Positions 17,894 through 27,550 of a stretch of 64,000 nt of DNA are shown piece after piece. The DNA comes from a virus, in the IMG/VR virus record IMGVR_UViG_3300044633_000899, positions 23,306 through 87,305 of that record, one strand, 5' to 3'. The notes beneath the pieces were generated by a model. It was not told where the DNA came from and did no database searches. It saw only the letters and a program-made list of their open reading frames with translations. The number at the start of each line of letters is the position of its first letter. Position 1 is the first letter of the stretch. The position numbers and the translations under genes were made by a program.

Positions 17894-18587
17894 AAAACAA
17901 TATAATATGTTCTAATAAATCTTGTTTTGTATAGGGTTTATCTTTGACAGGGTTTAAAATATCTTCAAGAACGTTATAATCATTGATTTTACCTTTAAAG
18001 TCTTTTAAATCAAACGAAAACACGTCTAAAATTAATGACGTTATGTCTTTTAAATTTTGTTTTGTGTCACAAATTATTTTTATTTTGAAATCTTCAGAAT
18101 CATCAGTTTCTTTAGTGAAGTAAAATTCCACCTCATCGGTATTTAATAAACTATATAAATGGTTAAAAATGTAGTGAGAATAATACACCATCAATCTACC
18201 GCAGTTTAGACTATACCCATAAGGAAATTCGGACGTTATCGATAATTCGTGAATAGGGTCAACATCATCGGTAAAAATGTTTTTATTTACAGTGATCCAA
18301 CCTTTTTCAATGTTATTGATTTCTTGGTCATATCTAATAACGTCAATGGTATTTATTTTCTCAATACCAATACTACTTAATTCATCTTTAAACAAAACAT
18401 AAAATTCTGATTTGACCTCCTCAAGATCTAATATTGTTTTTGATGTTGTTTGGCCGTGAACAACCATAAACGATTCACAGTCTGTAATTTGAATAATCGT
18501 GTTCTCGTTTTTATCTATTTTGGTTAATATGAAATCGGTAAATAGATTTACGATACCTCTTTTTGAATTTTTATTAATTTTTTTCAT
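17892..18587 (-). CDS. hypothetical protein (231 aa)
   Basis: Minus-strand ORF. Confidence 0.55.
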   Translation of the reverse strand: MKKINKNSKRGIVNLFTDFILTKIDKNENTIIQITDCESFMVVHGQTTSKTILDLEEVKSEFYVLFKDELSSIGIEKINTIDVIRYDQEINNIEKGWITVNKNIFTDDVDPIHELSITSEFPYGYSLNCGRLMVYYSHYIFNHLYSLLNTDEVEFYFTKETDDSEDFKIKIICDTKQNLKDITSLILDVFSFDLKDFKGKINDYNVLEDILNPVKDKPYTKQDLLEHIILF

Positions 18588-18646
18588 ATACTATTTTTGT
18601 TAATAGATATGAATTTTATTTGGATAGTTAAATAGTTAATGATTTA

Positions 18647-19753
18647 TTATATGTAATCACCAAAGTAATCATTTATGTTTTTTCGGATATCATCCCAATC
18701 TGCATATTCTGGTATACGAAAACTAATCTGATCGTAAGTACCCTCATCAAGTAGTTTACCCATCATACCGACATATGAACCAAAATGTTCTAATAGTGAG
18801 TCGTTATAAGTATAACCTTTATTTTCATTGACAAATACAGATACGTTACTTCCAAAGTCACGTATTCTAATATAGTTACGATATTTTGTATTACCACCAG
18901 TTTCAAAAGATTCTTCAACAATTTTTGACTCAAAAAATTCATAAAGACCGTCGTTTACCAAATCATAACATTCACTTTCATAAGCATTATTATAAGCACT
19001 ATTATGAACTGAATATAATTCAGATTTAAGATCGTCCAGATCTCCATTTAACAACTCATTCATTGCTTTTTCATTGGAAATAAGTTCCATCACGTTTTCA
19101 CTAGTAATTGTAAAAAACCCTTCAGTTCCTTGTTCTTCTGAAAACTCATTAAACAACTCAGAATCATATTCATCAAGTGATAATTCTTGATTTCCGATTT
19201 GTTTAACGATATAATGTGATAATCTGTATTTATTTTCATCATTTAAGTCATCAATTACATCGCGATAAACATCATCAGTTGTGTCCCAAAAGCGTTCAAA
19301 AAAATCATCCTCAGTAAAAATTGCTTTTGCTAAGTCTTGAGGTGATGTCTCACGACTATAGGATTCAAAAAAAACACTTAACTCATCTTTATCTCTCAAA
19401 TATAACCAATATTGACCACTTCTATTTTCAACATCAGTTAAAAGGTTGTTACAAATATATTGAAGTGCACTATCTTCATCGTTTTCTAACCACCATTCTA
19501 AATAGTAGTTTTTAATTTCATCATCAAAACCTTCATAGTCAACATCAACCAAAAACCCGTTTTTTGATAAAAAATCAAATAGACCAGGATTTGCACCAAA
19601 GTCATCACCTTCTAACATTTCAAGGTTAATCTCAGATTGTCGGTTCGCCCTAGCGACCATTGTTAAAAATGCTGTCAACCTAACAAAAACGGATTTAACA
19701 GTTCCAACGAAACCATCTTCATTGTATTCTTCAATAAAATTATTTAGTGCCAT
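18647..19753 (-). CDS. highly acidic protein (368 aa)
   Basis: Very D/E-rich throughout (e.g. DDEDSALQ, YDSELFNEFSEEQGTEGFF). Confidence 0.55.
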   Translation of the reverse strand: MALNNFIEEYNEDGFVGTVKSVFVRLTAFLTMVARANRQSEINLEMLEGDDFGANPGLFDFLSKNGFLVDVDYEGFDDEIKNYYLEWWLENDEDSALQYICNNLLTDVENRSGQYWLYLRDKDELSVFFESYSRETSPQDLAKAIFTEDDFFERFWDTTDDVYRDVIDDLNDENKYRLSHYIVKQIGNQELSLDEYDSELFNEFSEEQGTEGFFTITSENVMELISNEKAMNELLNGDLDDLKSELYSVHNSAYNNAYESECYDLVNDGLYEFFESKIVEESFETGGNTKYRNYIRIRDFGSNVSVFVNENKGYTYNDSLLEHFGSYVGMMGKLLDEGTYDQISFRIPEYADWDDIRKNINDYFGDYI

Positions 19754-20037
19754 ATTATATAAATATAAAAAAGGTGATAAAATATACTTACCACCTTAAA
19801 TTTTAGTTACCCAAAGGAATTATTTTTTATTGTAGTATTTCTCAACAATTTTTTTAACTGACTCTTGTACACTTGCACTTTTTTGTTCTTGAGTTTGTTT
19901 TACGGTTTGTTCCGCTTGTTGTTGGTTTCCTTTGTTTTTACATCCACATCCCATAATTGATTGATTTTATAGTGTTTATTTATTAATAAATATTGGAATA
20001 TAGATTAATTTGTAAAGAATTATATATTTATTATTGT

Positions 20038-21570
20038 ATGAAAAAGACATTTAAAATAACAGAATCAAAATTAATAACCTTAATTAAGGATATTATTAGA
20101 GAACAAGAAATGGAGGAGGTTGTAATAACACCAGAACAATATTATGACTTAATGAGAAAAGTGTTTTATAAAACAGAAGCAATACCATCATTACCACCTT
20201 TTAAAAATAAAACATTAGTGGTTTCTGGTGATTTAAAATTAACAGACCCAAAAATTAAAAAATTAGGTAAACTTAAAATTTTAGGAAAGTTAGACATTTC
20301 GCGTTCAAATATATCATCATTAGATGGTGTTGAAGTTACTGGTTATGTTAGTGATTGGAATACACCACTATATAATATTAAACAACAAAGAATATTAAAC
20401 GCAAAAATTAGTGAACAAGAAAGTCTTAGAGAAGATGATGAATGGAACTTGAATAATACTGATGAGGTTGGTGAAATGGCACATGCGGCATTTGAATATG
20501 CGAATAATCGTTCTGATATTACTGCGTTAACGGATGACGAACTTGAACGAGTTAATGAAATTAGAAAAACAATACAAGAATTAGAAGAAGAACAGGAAAA
20601 TTTAGACACAGGACTTGAAAATTGGAATGAGTTAGATGATGATATTACAGATCGTATTGGTGAGTTAGAAGATGAACTTAATGAATTAACAGATGATAAA
20701 TCAGATGTTTATGATTTTTACCCGTCTGGTCGTCATTATGATTTACACGAATATGAGTGTTTAACAGAAAATATGAAATTCGCAGTTGGAACAACTGAAG
20801 AGGCTGATAGTTCATTAAGAGTTTATTTTGAAGAATGGATTGACAACCCATTAGAATATCTTGGACCAGATCGTATATCACACTATGTTGATGCCGATAT
20901 GGTTGTAGATGCTTTTGAGGATGGCGAACGAGAGTATATAGAAGAAAACCCCGAAGATTACAATATTAGTAGAGATTTGAGTTATAAACAAGAAGAAGAA
21001 ATTCAAGATTACGAAAAACAAAAATTAGGGTTAGAAGTTGAACGATTTTTAATTGAAAAGGGAGGAAGAACACCATTAATTGAAGATGTGATTGATAGTG
21101 CAAAATATTTTAAATTTAAAGATTATTTGGATAATATTTTTGTTGTTGAGTTTTCAGACAAATGGGAATTATATCAAAATGGGAAAAAAGTTGAAACAAT
21201 AATATATTCTGATGAGGAATTTGAAGAACAAGAAACCGATAATCAAACACGTTTGGATGAGATTGTGAGTGAAATCAGTGATATTGAGTACGAAATAGAA
21301 GAAATAAATGAAAACCCTGACGGTGATTTTAATCAGGATGAAATTTTTGAAAAGGTTGAGTCTATGTTAGAAGATATTAGATACGATCCATATGACTGGT
21401 TAAAGGATAGAGGTTATGAGAATGAGACAATTGTTAAATTTATAGACACAGATGCTATGCTGGATGACCTAGTCCGTGACGCGGATTACGGTTCATTAAA
21501 TGGTTATGATAACTATTACGACGAAGTAAATATTAACGACACATATTATGTTGTTATGAGGATTGATTAA
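20038..21570 (+). CDS. large highly acidic protein with leader-like N-terminus (MKKTFKITESKLITLIKDIIREQE)
   Basis: Start moved to ATG 20038 (track start was an alternative TTG); D/E-rich coiled-coil stretches. Confidence 0.55.
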   Translation: MKKTFKITESKLITLIKDIIREQEMEEVVITPEQYYDLMRKVFYKTEAIPSLPPFKNKTLVVSGDLKLTDPKIKKLGKLKILGKLDISRSNISSLDGVEVTGYVSDWNTPLYNIKQQRILNAKISEQESLREDDEWNLNNTDEVGEMAHAAFEYANNRSDITALTDDELERVNEIRKTIQELEEEQENLDTGLENWNELDDDITDRIGELEDELNELTDDKSDVYDFYPSGRHYDLHEYECLTENMKFAVGTTEEADSSLRVYFEEWIDNPLEYLGPDRISHYVDADMVVDAFEDGEREYIEENPEDYNISRDLSYKQEEEIQDYEKQKLGLEVERFLIEKGGRTPLIEDVIDSAKYFKFKDYLDNIFVVEFSDKWELYQNGKKVETIIYSDEEFEEQETDNQTRLDEIVSEISDIEYEIEEINENPDGDFNQDEIFEKVESMLEDIRYDPYDWLKDRGYENETIVKFIDTDAMLDDLVRDADYGSLNGYDNYYDEVNINDTYYVVMRID

Positions 21571-21598
21571 TCTATAAATTATTAATATTATTAGTGAG

Positions 21599-22378
21599 AT
21601 GGGTAGGAAAAAAAAGGTAATGTTTTTGATGGAGACAGATTGGATGTTTGACAAACCAATTGACCAAGAACATAAAGAGTATGTGTTATTATCCTATTTT
21701 CAAAAAATGGGTGAAAAATTAGATAAATTAGAATTATACCCAGGATTTATTGAGTTATCATTACATCTCGCAAATGCGCAAACGTTAATTAAAGATAAGA
21801 AAATTTTATATACGGATAAAAAATTTAAAACTGTTGATGACGAATTATTGGTTATGGATTTAAAAATTAAAGATCTACCCCCAATGACAAGTGATGAACA
21901 TGCAGAATTTATTAAGATTTTATCATATAGTACACCAAAATTACACGAATATTTTGATATTGCAAAATCTGTATGGGAAACAGTATTTGACAATGTTGTT
22001 GTTAAAGTTAAAAAAAATATTGATAATATAACATTAAAAACTGGTTATTTTTATTATGAAAATAATAACACTAATGTTTTATATGTTTGGGAATATGAGA
22101 AAAAACCAGCAGCAAAAGGATCCCCTGAAAATAAATTAATTATAAATTTAATTTATTCAGATGAAAAAAAGGATTTGACTATTACAAAAATAATTGATAT
22201 GTTTAGTAATGTTGATAGTGAGAAACAAAAAACACTACCGATTGTTGAAATGACAGTTAATGGTGAGTTCCCGTTAGAAGAAACATTATTACCACTATTT
22301 AAACGAAAATTGATTAGTTACATCGTACAGAAAAAAGGAATTGAGGATTACAAAAAAACAAAGGAACAATTAAAATAA
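21599..22378 (+). CDS. hypothetical protein (259 aa)
   Basis: ORF. Confidence 0.5.
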   Translation: MGRKKKVMFLMETDWMFDKPIDQEHKEYVLLSYFQKMGEKLDKLELYPGFIELSLHLANAQTLIKDKKILYTDKKFKTVDDELLVMDLKIKDLPPMTSDEHAEFIKILSYSTPKLHEYFDIAKSVWETVFDNVVVKVKKNIDNITLKTGYFYYENNNTNVLYVWEYEKKPAAKGSPENKLIINLIYSDEKKDLTITKIIDMFSNVDSEKQKTLPIVEMTVNGEFPLEETLLPLFKRKLISYIVQKKGIEDYKKTKEQLK

Positions 22379-22383
22379 ATAAT

Positions 22384-22587
22384 ATGAAAACAAGAACACT
22401 TAATGAATTAAGACAAGAGAAAGAGTTTGGTTACAAAAATCCTGTATCACAGAAAAATAATCAACAAGAAATTGATTTAGTAAAAACTTACAAAACAATT
22501 CAGGATTTGGCAAACGAATTCCCGAACGACGCAGATCTTGGTCGTAAAACGAGAACACTTTTAATTAGTTTAGGTCTGTATCAATAA
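22384..22587 (+). CDS. hypothetical small protein (67 aa)
   Basis: ORF. Confidence 0.4.
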   Translation: MKTRTLNELRQEKEFGYKNPVSQKNNQQEIDLVKTYKTIQDLANEFPNDADLGRKTRTLLISLGLYQ

Positions 22588-22599
22588 AAAACGCTTAAT

Positions 22600-22827
22600 A
22601 TGTTAGGAAAAGAAATGGTTAACCACCCAGAACATTATGGTGGTTCAGAGAATAAATACGAAGCGATTAAAGTGATTGACGCTTGGGATCTTGGGTTTAG
22701 TTTAGGAAATACCGTAAAGTATATTTCAAGAGCCGGAAAAAAAGATAAAGATAAGGAAATACAAGATCTGAAAAAAGCGGCTTGGTATTTACAACATCAT
22801 ATTGAAAACTTAGAAACTAATCGTTAA
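22600..22827 (+). CDS. DUF3310-like small phage protein
   Basis: NHPEHYGG...IKVIDAW...NTVKYISRAGKK pattern typical of the DUF3310 family. Confidence 0.45.
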   Translation: MLGKEMVNHPEHYGGSENKYEAIKVIDAWDLGFSLGNTVKYISRAGKKDKDKEIQDLKKAAWYLQHHIENLETNR

Positions 22828-23209
22828 TAACAACGATATCGTTTTCTTGGATATCATATAGATCAGAAGAGCCACCCTTTATTTCAAGAACCATATCACC
22901 AAAACCTTTGTAACGTAAACAATTATTACCTTTACACGGTTTACAATTTTTATGTATTTTTGTTATAGTGTTATTGTTGATAAAGATAATATCAAGATTG
23001 ACGATACAATCTTTCATCCAAAAGGAATGTTCACCATCGGTTAAAATAAATAACATACCATTAAATTGGTTATCAAATTTTTTACCCATCATTCCATTTT
23101 GGATATCTTTGGGTGTAATCATTGTTTTTACAGTAAAGGAATTGTTATTTATTAATAGTTCCATAGTAATAAATATCATAAAATATTGAATTAATTTGGT
23201 TTTTAACAA
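22817..23209 (-). CDS. hypothetical protein (130 aa)
   Basis: Minus-strand ORF. Confidence 0.4.
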   Translation of the reverse strand: MLKTKLIQYFMIFITMELLINNNSFTVKTMITPKDIQNGMMGKKFDNQFNGMLFILTDGEHSFWMKDCIVNLDIIFINNNTITKIHKNCKPCKGNNCLRYKGFGDMVLEIKGGSSDLYDIQENDIVVIND

Positions 23210-23329
23210 TTTTGTAGATATTTATGAAATACAAAAAAACACACACCCACCCTTTCTGTTGGTAAAACATAAAATCTCAAAAAATTAAAATATTTTTTTG
23301 AGATTTTTGTTTTTATAATAATTTTTTTA

Positions 23330-23337
23330 TATATTTG
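23330..23337 (+). promoter_or_regulatory. -7 promoter element TAtaTTTG
   Basis: tatatttg 4 nt before ATG 23342 (leaderless-type arrangement). Confidence 0.4.
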
Positions 23338-23341
23338 TACT

Positions 23342-23614
23342 ATGAAAACAGGATTTAACATTAGAATATTACACGAAACGTTTGGTGAGTTACTAAACGA
23401 AACATTTGTTGATCAAATACAATTTAAATTGTTTTTAAAAATGATTCATACTAGTGTTGAATTAAAACAAAATTTATCATTTTATAATGGTGATACATTT
23501 TACATTAATATACCTAGTAAAACTTTGGTTGATTGTATTATTGTCACCAACACAAATGAATTATCTTTAACAGAACAGGTTAGAAGTAAGATTGAAGCAC
23601 TGGTAACAAAATAA
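23342..23614 (+). CDS. hypothetical protein (90 aa)
   Basis: ORF. Confidence 0.5.
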   Translation: MKTGFNIRILHETFGELLNETFVDQIQFKLFLKMIHTSVELKQNLSFYNGDTFYINIPSKTLVDCIIVTNTNELSLTEQVRSKIEALVTK

Positions 23615-23663
23615 ATTGGGTTTTTTCATTTTCCTATGTCCAAAAAATGAAATGGTGGAGTCA

Positions 23664-23694
23664 ATGGGTTGTTAATTAAATTTAACAACCCATT
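23664..23694. terminator. bidirectional terminator hairpin between convergent genes
   Basis: aatgggttgttaa-ttaaa-tttaacaacccatt, perfect 13-bp stem. Confidence 0.65.
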
Positions 23695-24514
23695 ATTTTA
23701 ATTTTAAAATTTGACCAGGTTTAAGTTCTGTTGATTTTAAATCGTTTAGTTTAATTATGGAATCAACGGTTACTGATTTGTCATATTTGGAAGCAATTCC
23801 AGATAATGTTTCACCTGGTTTTACAACATATAGTTTAAAGACACTCGGAGAAAGACCACCACCACCAATTTGTGGTTTAGGTTTTTGTGTCTTAGTTTTT
23901 TGTTGTTTAACTTTCGGTTCAACTGGTTTAGATAATTCTTCGGCATATTTTAAGAACGCCCTTTGGTTGTTTTTCATTCGTTCGGCAACAGTTCCTTTTT
24001 TTCTTGGGTCGTCAACATTTGAAAAGTCAATATTCCAACCTTCAAGATATTGTTTAGCACCCAAAGACCAATTATCATCATTTAAACTTTTAACCCATTT
24101 ATAACCACTTTTAACTTCACCACGATATGTCGCATTAACCAATGCTCTTTGAACATACACTGGGTATTTATCAAATTTTGGAAAAACTTTTTTAGCAATC
24201 TCTTCGTGTTTTTTAATATCATCAGTTAATAATTGTTCGGCTTCTCTATTTGATATAATCATACCTGGTTTTACTGATGGTCCGGTATGACCCCACCCAA
24301 TTGTTAACACACCACCATAAGGTGATTTTTTACGAATGAATGTTTTTTTATTGTTTGGTGGTAATTTCGGATCCTTATCATCAAACACGTAATGTTGGTT
24401 CTTACTATTAACAACGGTTGATTCATAACCTTTAATTAAATTCCTAAATTCTGTGTCACTAACAACACTTTCAATTAACATTTTATGTTGATTTTCAGTT
24501 ATTACGATTTTCAT
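23693..24514 (-). CDS. lysozyme (GH24-like) with C-terminal LysM domain and leader-like N-terminus
   Basis: GGVLTIGWGHTG...PVYVQRALVNATYRG (T4-lysozyme-like core); LysM LSGIASKYDKSVTVDSIIKLNDL..GQILKL; start set at MKIVITENQHKMLIE (ATG 24514). Confidence 0.6.
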   Translation of the reverse strand: MKIVITENQHKMLIESVVSDTEFRNLIKGYESTVVNSKNQHYVFDDKDPKLPPNNKKTFIRKKSPYGGVLTIGWGHTGPSVKPGMIISNREAEQLLTDDIKKHEEIAKKVFPKFDKYPVYVQRALVNATYRGEVKSGYKWVKSLNDDNWSLGAKQYLEGWNIDFSNVDDPRKKGTVAERMKNNQRAFLKYAEELSKPVEPKVKQQKTKTQKPKPQIGGGGLSPSVFKLYVVKPGETLSGIASKYDKSVTVDSIIKLNDLKSTELKPGQILKLK

Positions 24515-24549
24515 AATGATAAATAGTTGTGTAATTAAAAAAAAATATC

Positions 24550-24557
24550 TATATTTG
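24550..24557 (+). promoter_or_regulatory. -7 promoter element TAtaTTTG
   Basis: tatatttg 4 nt before ATG 24562. Confidence 0.4.
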
Positions 24558-24561
24558 CTAT

Positions 24562-24951
24562 ATGGAAAAAACAATATACATCGTAAGAGGATGTCCGGGA
24601 TCAGGGAAATCAACATTTGCTAAAACACTGGGTGGAATACACATTGAGGCGGATCAATACTTTGTTGATGCTGATGGTAATTACAATTTTGATGGTAGTA
24701 AAATTAAAAATGCTCACGCTTGGTGTTTAGATAGGGTTAAAACGAATATGGCGACAGGTAGAGATAAAATAGTTGTCTCAAATACCTTTACACAAGAATG
24801 GGAATTCCAACCATACCTTGAACTTGCAAAAGAATATGGTTACAAAACTTTCACTATTATAGTTGAAAATTATCACGGAGGTATAAATCAACACAATGTT
24901 CCAGAAGACAAAATAGAACAAATGAAAAACAGATTTAGTATAAATTTATGA
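24562..24951 (+). CDS. P-loop polynucleotide-kinase-like protein (kinase domain only)
   Basis: IYIVRGCPGSGKSTFA Walker A at the extreme N-terminus, as in T4 Pnk; 129 aa. Confidence 0.5.
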   Translation: MEKTIYIVRGCPGSGKSTFAKTLGGIHIEADQYFVDADGNYNFDGSKIKNAHAWCLDRVKTNMATGRDKIVVSNTFTQEWEFQPYLELAKEYGYKTFTIIVENYHGGINQHNVPEDKIEQMKNRFSINL

Positions 24952-25904
24952 ATAGATTAGACAAACTTAAAGAACAACATCCGGATTTAAATGTATCATT
25001 AATTGATATCATAACATCATTGGACCCAACTGGTACTTACAAGTATACCGAGTTTTTAATTAAAAACTTTAAAAGGGATAACCAATATTATAGCCCAAAT
25101 TTGGATGAACTTAAAGGTTATCTGGGAGTATTTTTGTTCGGTTCAAATGAAATTGAAGTTTTAAATGAATTTGAAAGACACTCAAGATCTAATAGAATAA
25201 AAGAAAAAGACATTAGTAAATATAAAAATTTTCTTGAGTTAAACGAACAAGTTAAGATTGCTGAAGATATTGAAAAACAAAAAGAAGTTGAAAAACAAAT
25301 TTTGAAAATACACGAAGATGACACCTGGTTAGTATTAACACCTTTAAGTTTTGAGGCGTCAAGGGTTTACGGATCAAATACAAAATGGTGTACAACACAA
25401 GAAAAATATTGGGATAGATATCTAAAAACACATAGGTTAGTTTATTGTATTAATAAAAAAATTGATACTAAAGTTGCGTTTTCAAGAGATTACGGTGATG
25501 ATAAATTCCAAGCTTGGACCGCAGACGATAGTGAGGTTAGTCCAATGTTTATAGATTGGATTCCGGATGAAATCTTTTTAAAGATTAGAAAAGAATTACA
25601 AAAAAATGAAAGAACCATTGATTTAATTTATGGTGAAACCAGAAATAAACCAGTTTCTATTTCAGATATAATTAATATTCACCAAGGTAATAGTGAAACA
25701 ACTAATTATCCAATCATACTTGACAGAATAAGAAGTTTAATGGATACTAATCGTTATAATAGTAATTGGACATCTGAACAGTATAGGATACCAGTAGTAG
25801 GACCAAACGATGATTTACCAAACCAAGGTGAATATGAAGTAACAAGAAGAATCAGTGATTACCCAAGAATAAGTGTTAATTATACTGGTGATGTTTTACC
25901 TTAA
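24948..25904 (+). CDS. WCT-motif domain protein
   Basis: DTWLVLTPLSFEASRVYGSNTKWCTTQEKYW, paralogous to 49065(-) and to the central part of 13635. Confidence 0.5.
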   Translation: MNRLDKLKEQHPDLNVSLIDIITSLDPTGTYKYTEFLIKNFKRDNQYYSPNLDELKGYLGVFLFGSNEIEVLNEFERHSRSNRIKEKDISKYKNFLELNEQVKIAEDIEKQKEVEKQILKIHEDDTWLVLTPLSFEASRVYGSNTKWCTTQEKYWDRYLKTHRLVYCINKKIDTKVAFSRDYGDDKFQAWTADDSEVSPMFIDWIPDEIFLKIRKELQKNERTIDLIYGETRNKPVSISDIINIHQGNSETTNYPIILDRIRSLMDTNRYNSNWTSEQYRIPVVGPNDDLPNQGEYEVTRRISDYPRISVNYTGDVLP

Positions 25905-25916
25905 AAAATAAAAAGT

Positions 25917-26570
25917 ATGAACTTTAAAAAAATATTAACAACAGGAAAAGTATTCATAACATCGGATACACATTACGGACACAAAAATATTGTACGAGGT
26001 GTAACAAACTGGAGAACCCAGGATGGTGAAATACCTATTGATTCAGTTAGGGATTTTGGAACAATTGATGAAATGAATGAAAGATTGGTTTATGGTATTA
26101 ACAATATGGTTGGTCAAGACGACACACTAATAATGTTGGGTGATGTTTCATTTGGGGGATTTGATAATATTGGAATTTTTCTTGATAGATTGGTATGTCA
26201 AAACATTCATCTTATATTAGGAAATCACGATATGCACATCCAGAACAATCGTGGAAACATACAGAGTAGATTTTTAAGTGTTAATCACTATTTGGAAGTG
26301 AATATTGAAGGAAAAAATTTTGTGTTATGTCATTATCCATTACAAAGTTGGCATGGACTAAATAAAGGCGTTATCCAACTTCACGGGCATGTACACCTTA
26401 GTCCAGACAAAAAATTTGGTAAAGGTAAAAAAATGGACGTTGGTATGGACGGTAATAACTTAAACCCATATAGTATTGGTGAAATCATTAAGATTATGGA
26501 TAAAAGACCAATATTTTCAGATATGGATAATGATCATCATCTGGATGATTTAGTTGGTATTATTGGTTAA
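25917..26570 (+). CDS. calcineurin-like metallophosphoesterase
   Basis: SDTHYGH, GDVSFGG, LGNHD, CHYPL, GHVH motif series. Confidence 0.8.
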   Translation: MNFKKILTTGKVFITSDTHYGHKNIVRGVTNWRTQDGEIPIDSVRDFGTIDEMNERLVYGINNMVGQDDTLIMLGDVSFGGFDNIGIFLDRLVCQNIHLILGNHDMHIQNNRGNIQSRFLSVNHYLEVNIEGKNFVLCHYPLQSWHGLNKGVIQLHGHVHLSPDKKFGKGKKMDVGMDGNNLNPYSIGEIIKIMDKRPIFSDMDNDHHLDDLVGIIG

Positions 26571-26574
26571 TAAT

Positions 26575-26997
26575 ATGGAAGACAAAATAAAAGAAAAATT
26601 AAAGGATTTAATCAAAAATGTTGGATTTAAATCAACGATAAGAGTTGTCGGATCCTTGGATAAAACATTTGAGATCTTTGATATTAAAGAACCAATGGAT
26701 TTCTTAAATTTATTTAATGATTTGGAATCGGTTCAGAGTGAAGAACGTGAAGATTGGACGTTATATCGTTATAAAAAAGGACATAATTTTATAATTTACA
26801 ATAGAAAAAATGATTATGTTCATATCAATTATGATGAAATTTGGTCAGTTTTAGAAGACAATTTTGGACTTAACTACTCTGAAACACAAGAACTTACACA
26901 GAGATGGTTGGATGAGGTCTACAATTTAAGGGGAGTCACACCATATATTCAACTTTTTGAAAATCAGCAATATAGTTGGATGAGGTCTACAATTTAA
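26575..26997 (+). CDS. repeat-associated family protein B
   Basis: About 75% identical to the modules in 7477, 53750 and 55672; ends ...WLDEVYNLRGVTP + spacer-encoded YIQLFENQQYS + WMRSTI (second repeat copy read in a different frame). Confidence 0.7.
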   Translation: MEDKIKEKLKDLIKNVGFKSTIRVVGSLDKTFEIFDIKEPMDFLNLFNDLESVQSEEREDWTLYRYKKGHNFIIYNRKNDYVHINYDEIWSVLEDNFGLNYSETQELTQRWLDEVYNLRGVTPYIQLFENQQYSWMRSTI

Positions 26998-27073
26998 GGG
27001 GAGTCATACCAACACCCCCTTCCAACTTTTAGTAAACATTGGATGATATCAACAATTTAATATATTTATTTTT
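26907..27073 (+). CRISPR. CRISPR-like mini-array B: 36-nt repeat x2 plus a degenerate third copy, spacers 32 and 27 nt
   Basis: Repeats at 26907-26942 and 26975-27010 (1 mismatch), degenerate copy about 27038-27073 (attggatgatatcaacaatttaa). Confidence 0.4.
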
Positions 27074-27526
27074 ATGAAGATCATAATAACCGAAGAACAA
27101 TATAACCTACTACAAGATATTGATGATGGGTTAATAACCTACTCAAGTATATTTAAACCTAAGATTAAGATTTTAGTTATATTTAAAAATAATGAAAATT
27201 ACGAAAATCTTATAACGATATTCAATGAGTATGGTTATGGTTTTTATGTACCAAACCAAGAATTAATAATTATTAATGGTGAAATATTTTTAAATTCTAA
27301 CGATTTAACAATGGACGATTTAAGGTTTATTGAGGCTCACGAAATTAGTCACTTACTTTTAAATCACGATGGACCAAGATCCGAGAAAGACGAAATGGAT
27401 GCCGACATAGGTGCGTACATATTATTAACAAGACATAATATTTCAACAGAACGATTAGTGGATGAATTTGAATTTAGACATAATGTTAAATTTGATGAAA
27501 AACTAACTAAAAATTTTGATATTTAA
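27074..27526 (+). CDS. ImmA/IrrE-like HExxH metallopeptidase with leader-like N-terminus (MKIIITEEQYNLL)
   Basis: FIEAHEISHLLLNHDG closely matches the ImmA/IrrE (COG2856) zinc-peptidase motif. Confidence 0.55.
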   Translation: MKIIITEEQYNLLQDIDDGLITYSSIFKPKIKILVIFKNNENYENLITIFNEYGYGFYVPNQELIIINGEIFLNSNDLTMDDLRFIEAHEISHLLLNHDGPRSEKDEMDADIGAYILLTRHNISTERLVDEFEFRHNVKFDEKLTKNFDI

Positions 27527-27550
27527 TTTTCTTTTACTAAATTTAGTTAT

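Noticed and set aside
24562-24951. Zeta-toxin/AAA or generic NTPase call for the 129-aa P-loop protein
   Set aside because: It is too short for AAA+ or zeta toxin. The N-terminal GCPGSGKST placement matches T4 polynucleotide kinase. The window also holds phosphoesterases and an RNA ligase, which favours Pnk-like.
26554-27073. Diversity-generating retroelement (VR/TR) or retron explanation for the gene-terminal repeats
   Set aside because: No reverse transcriptase is in the window. Repeats are 36 nt rather than about 100 nt, and the copies are identical rather than adenine-mutagenised.
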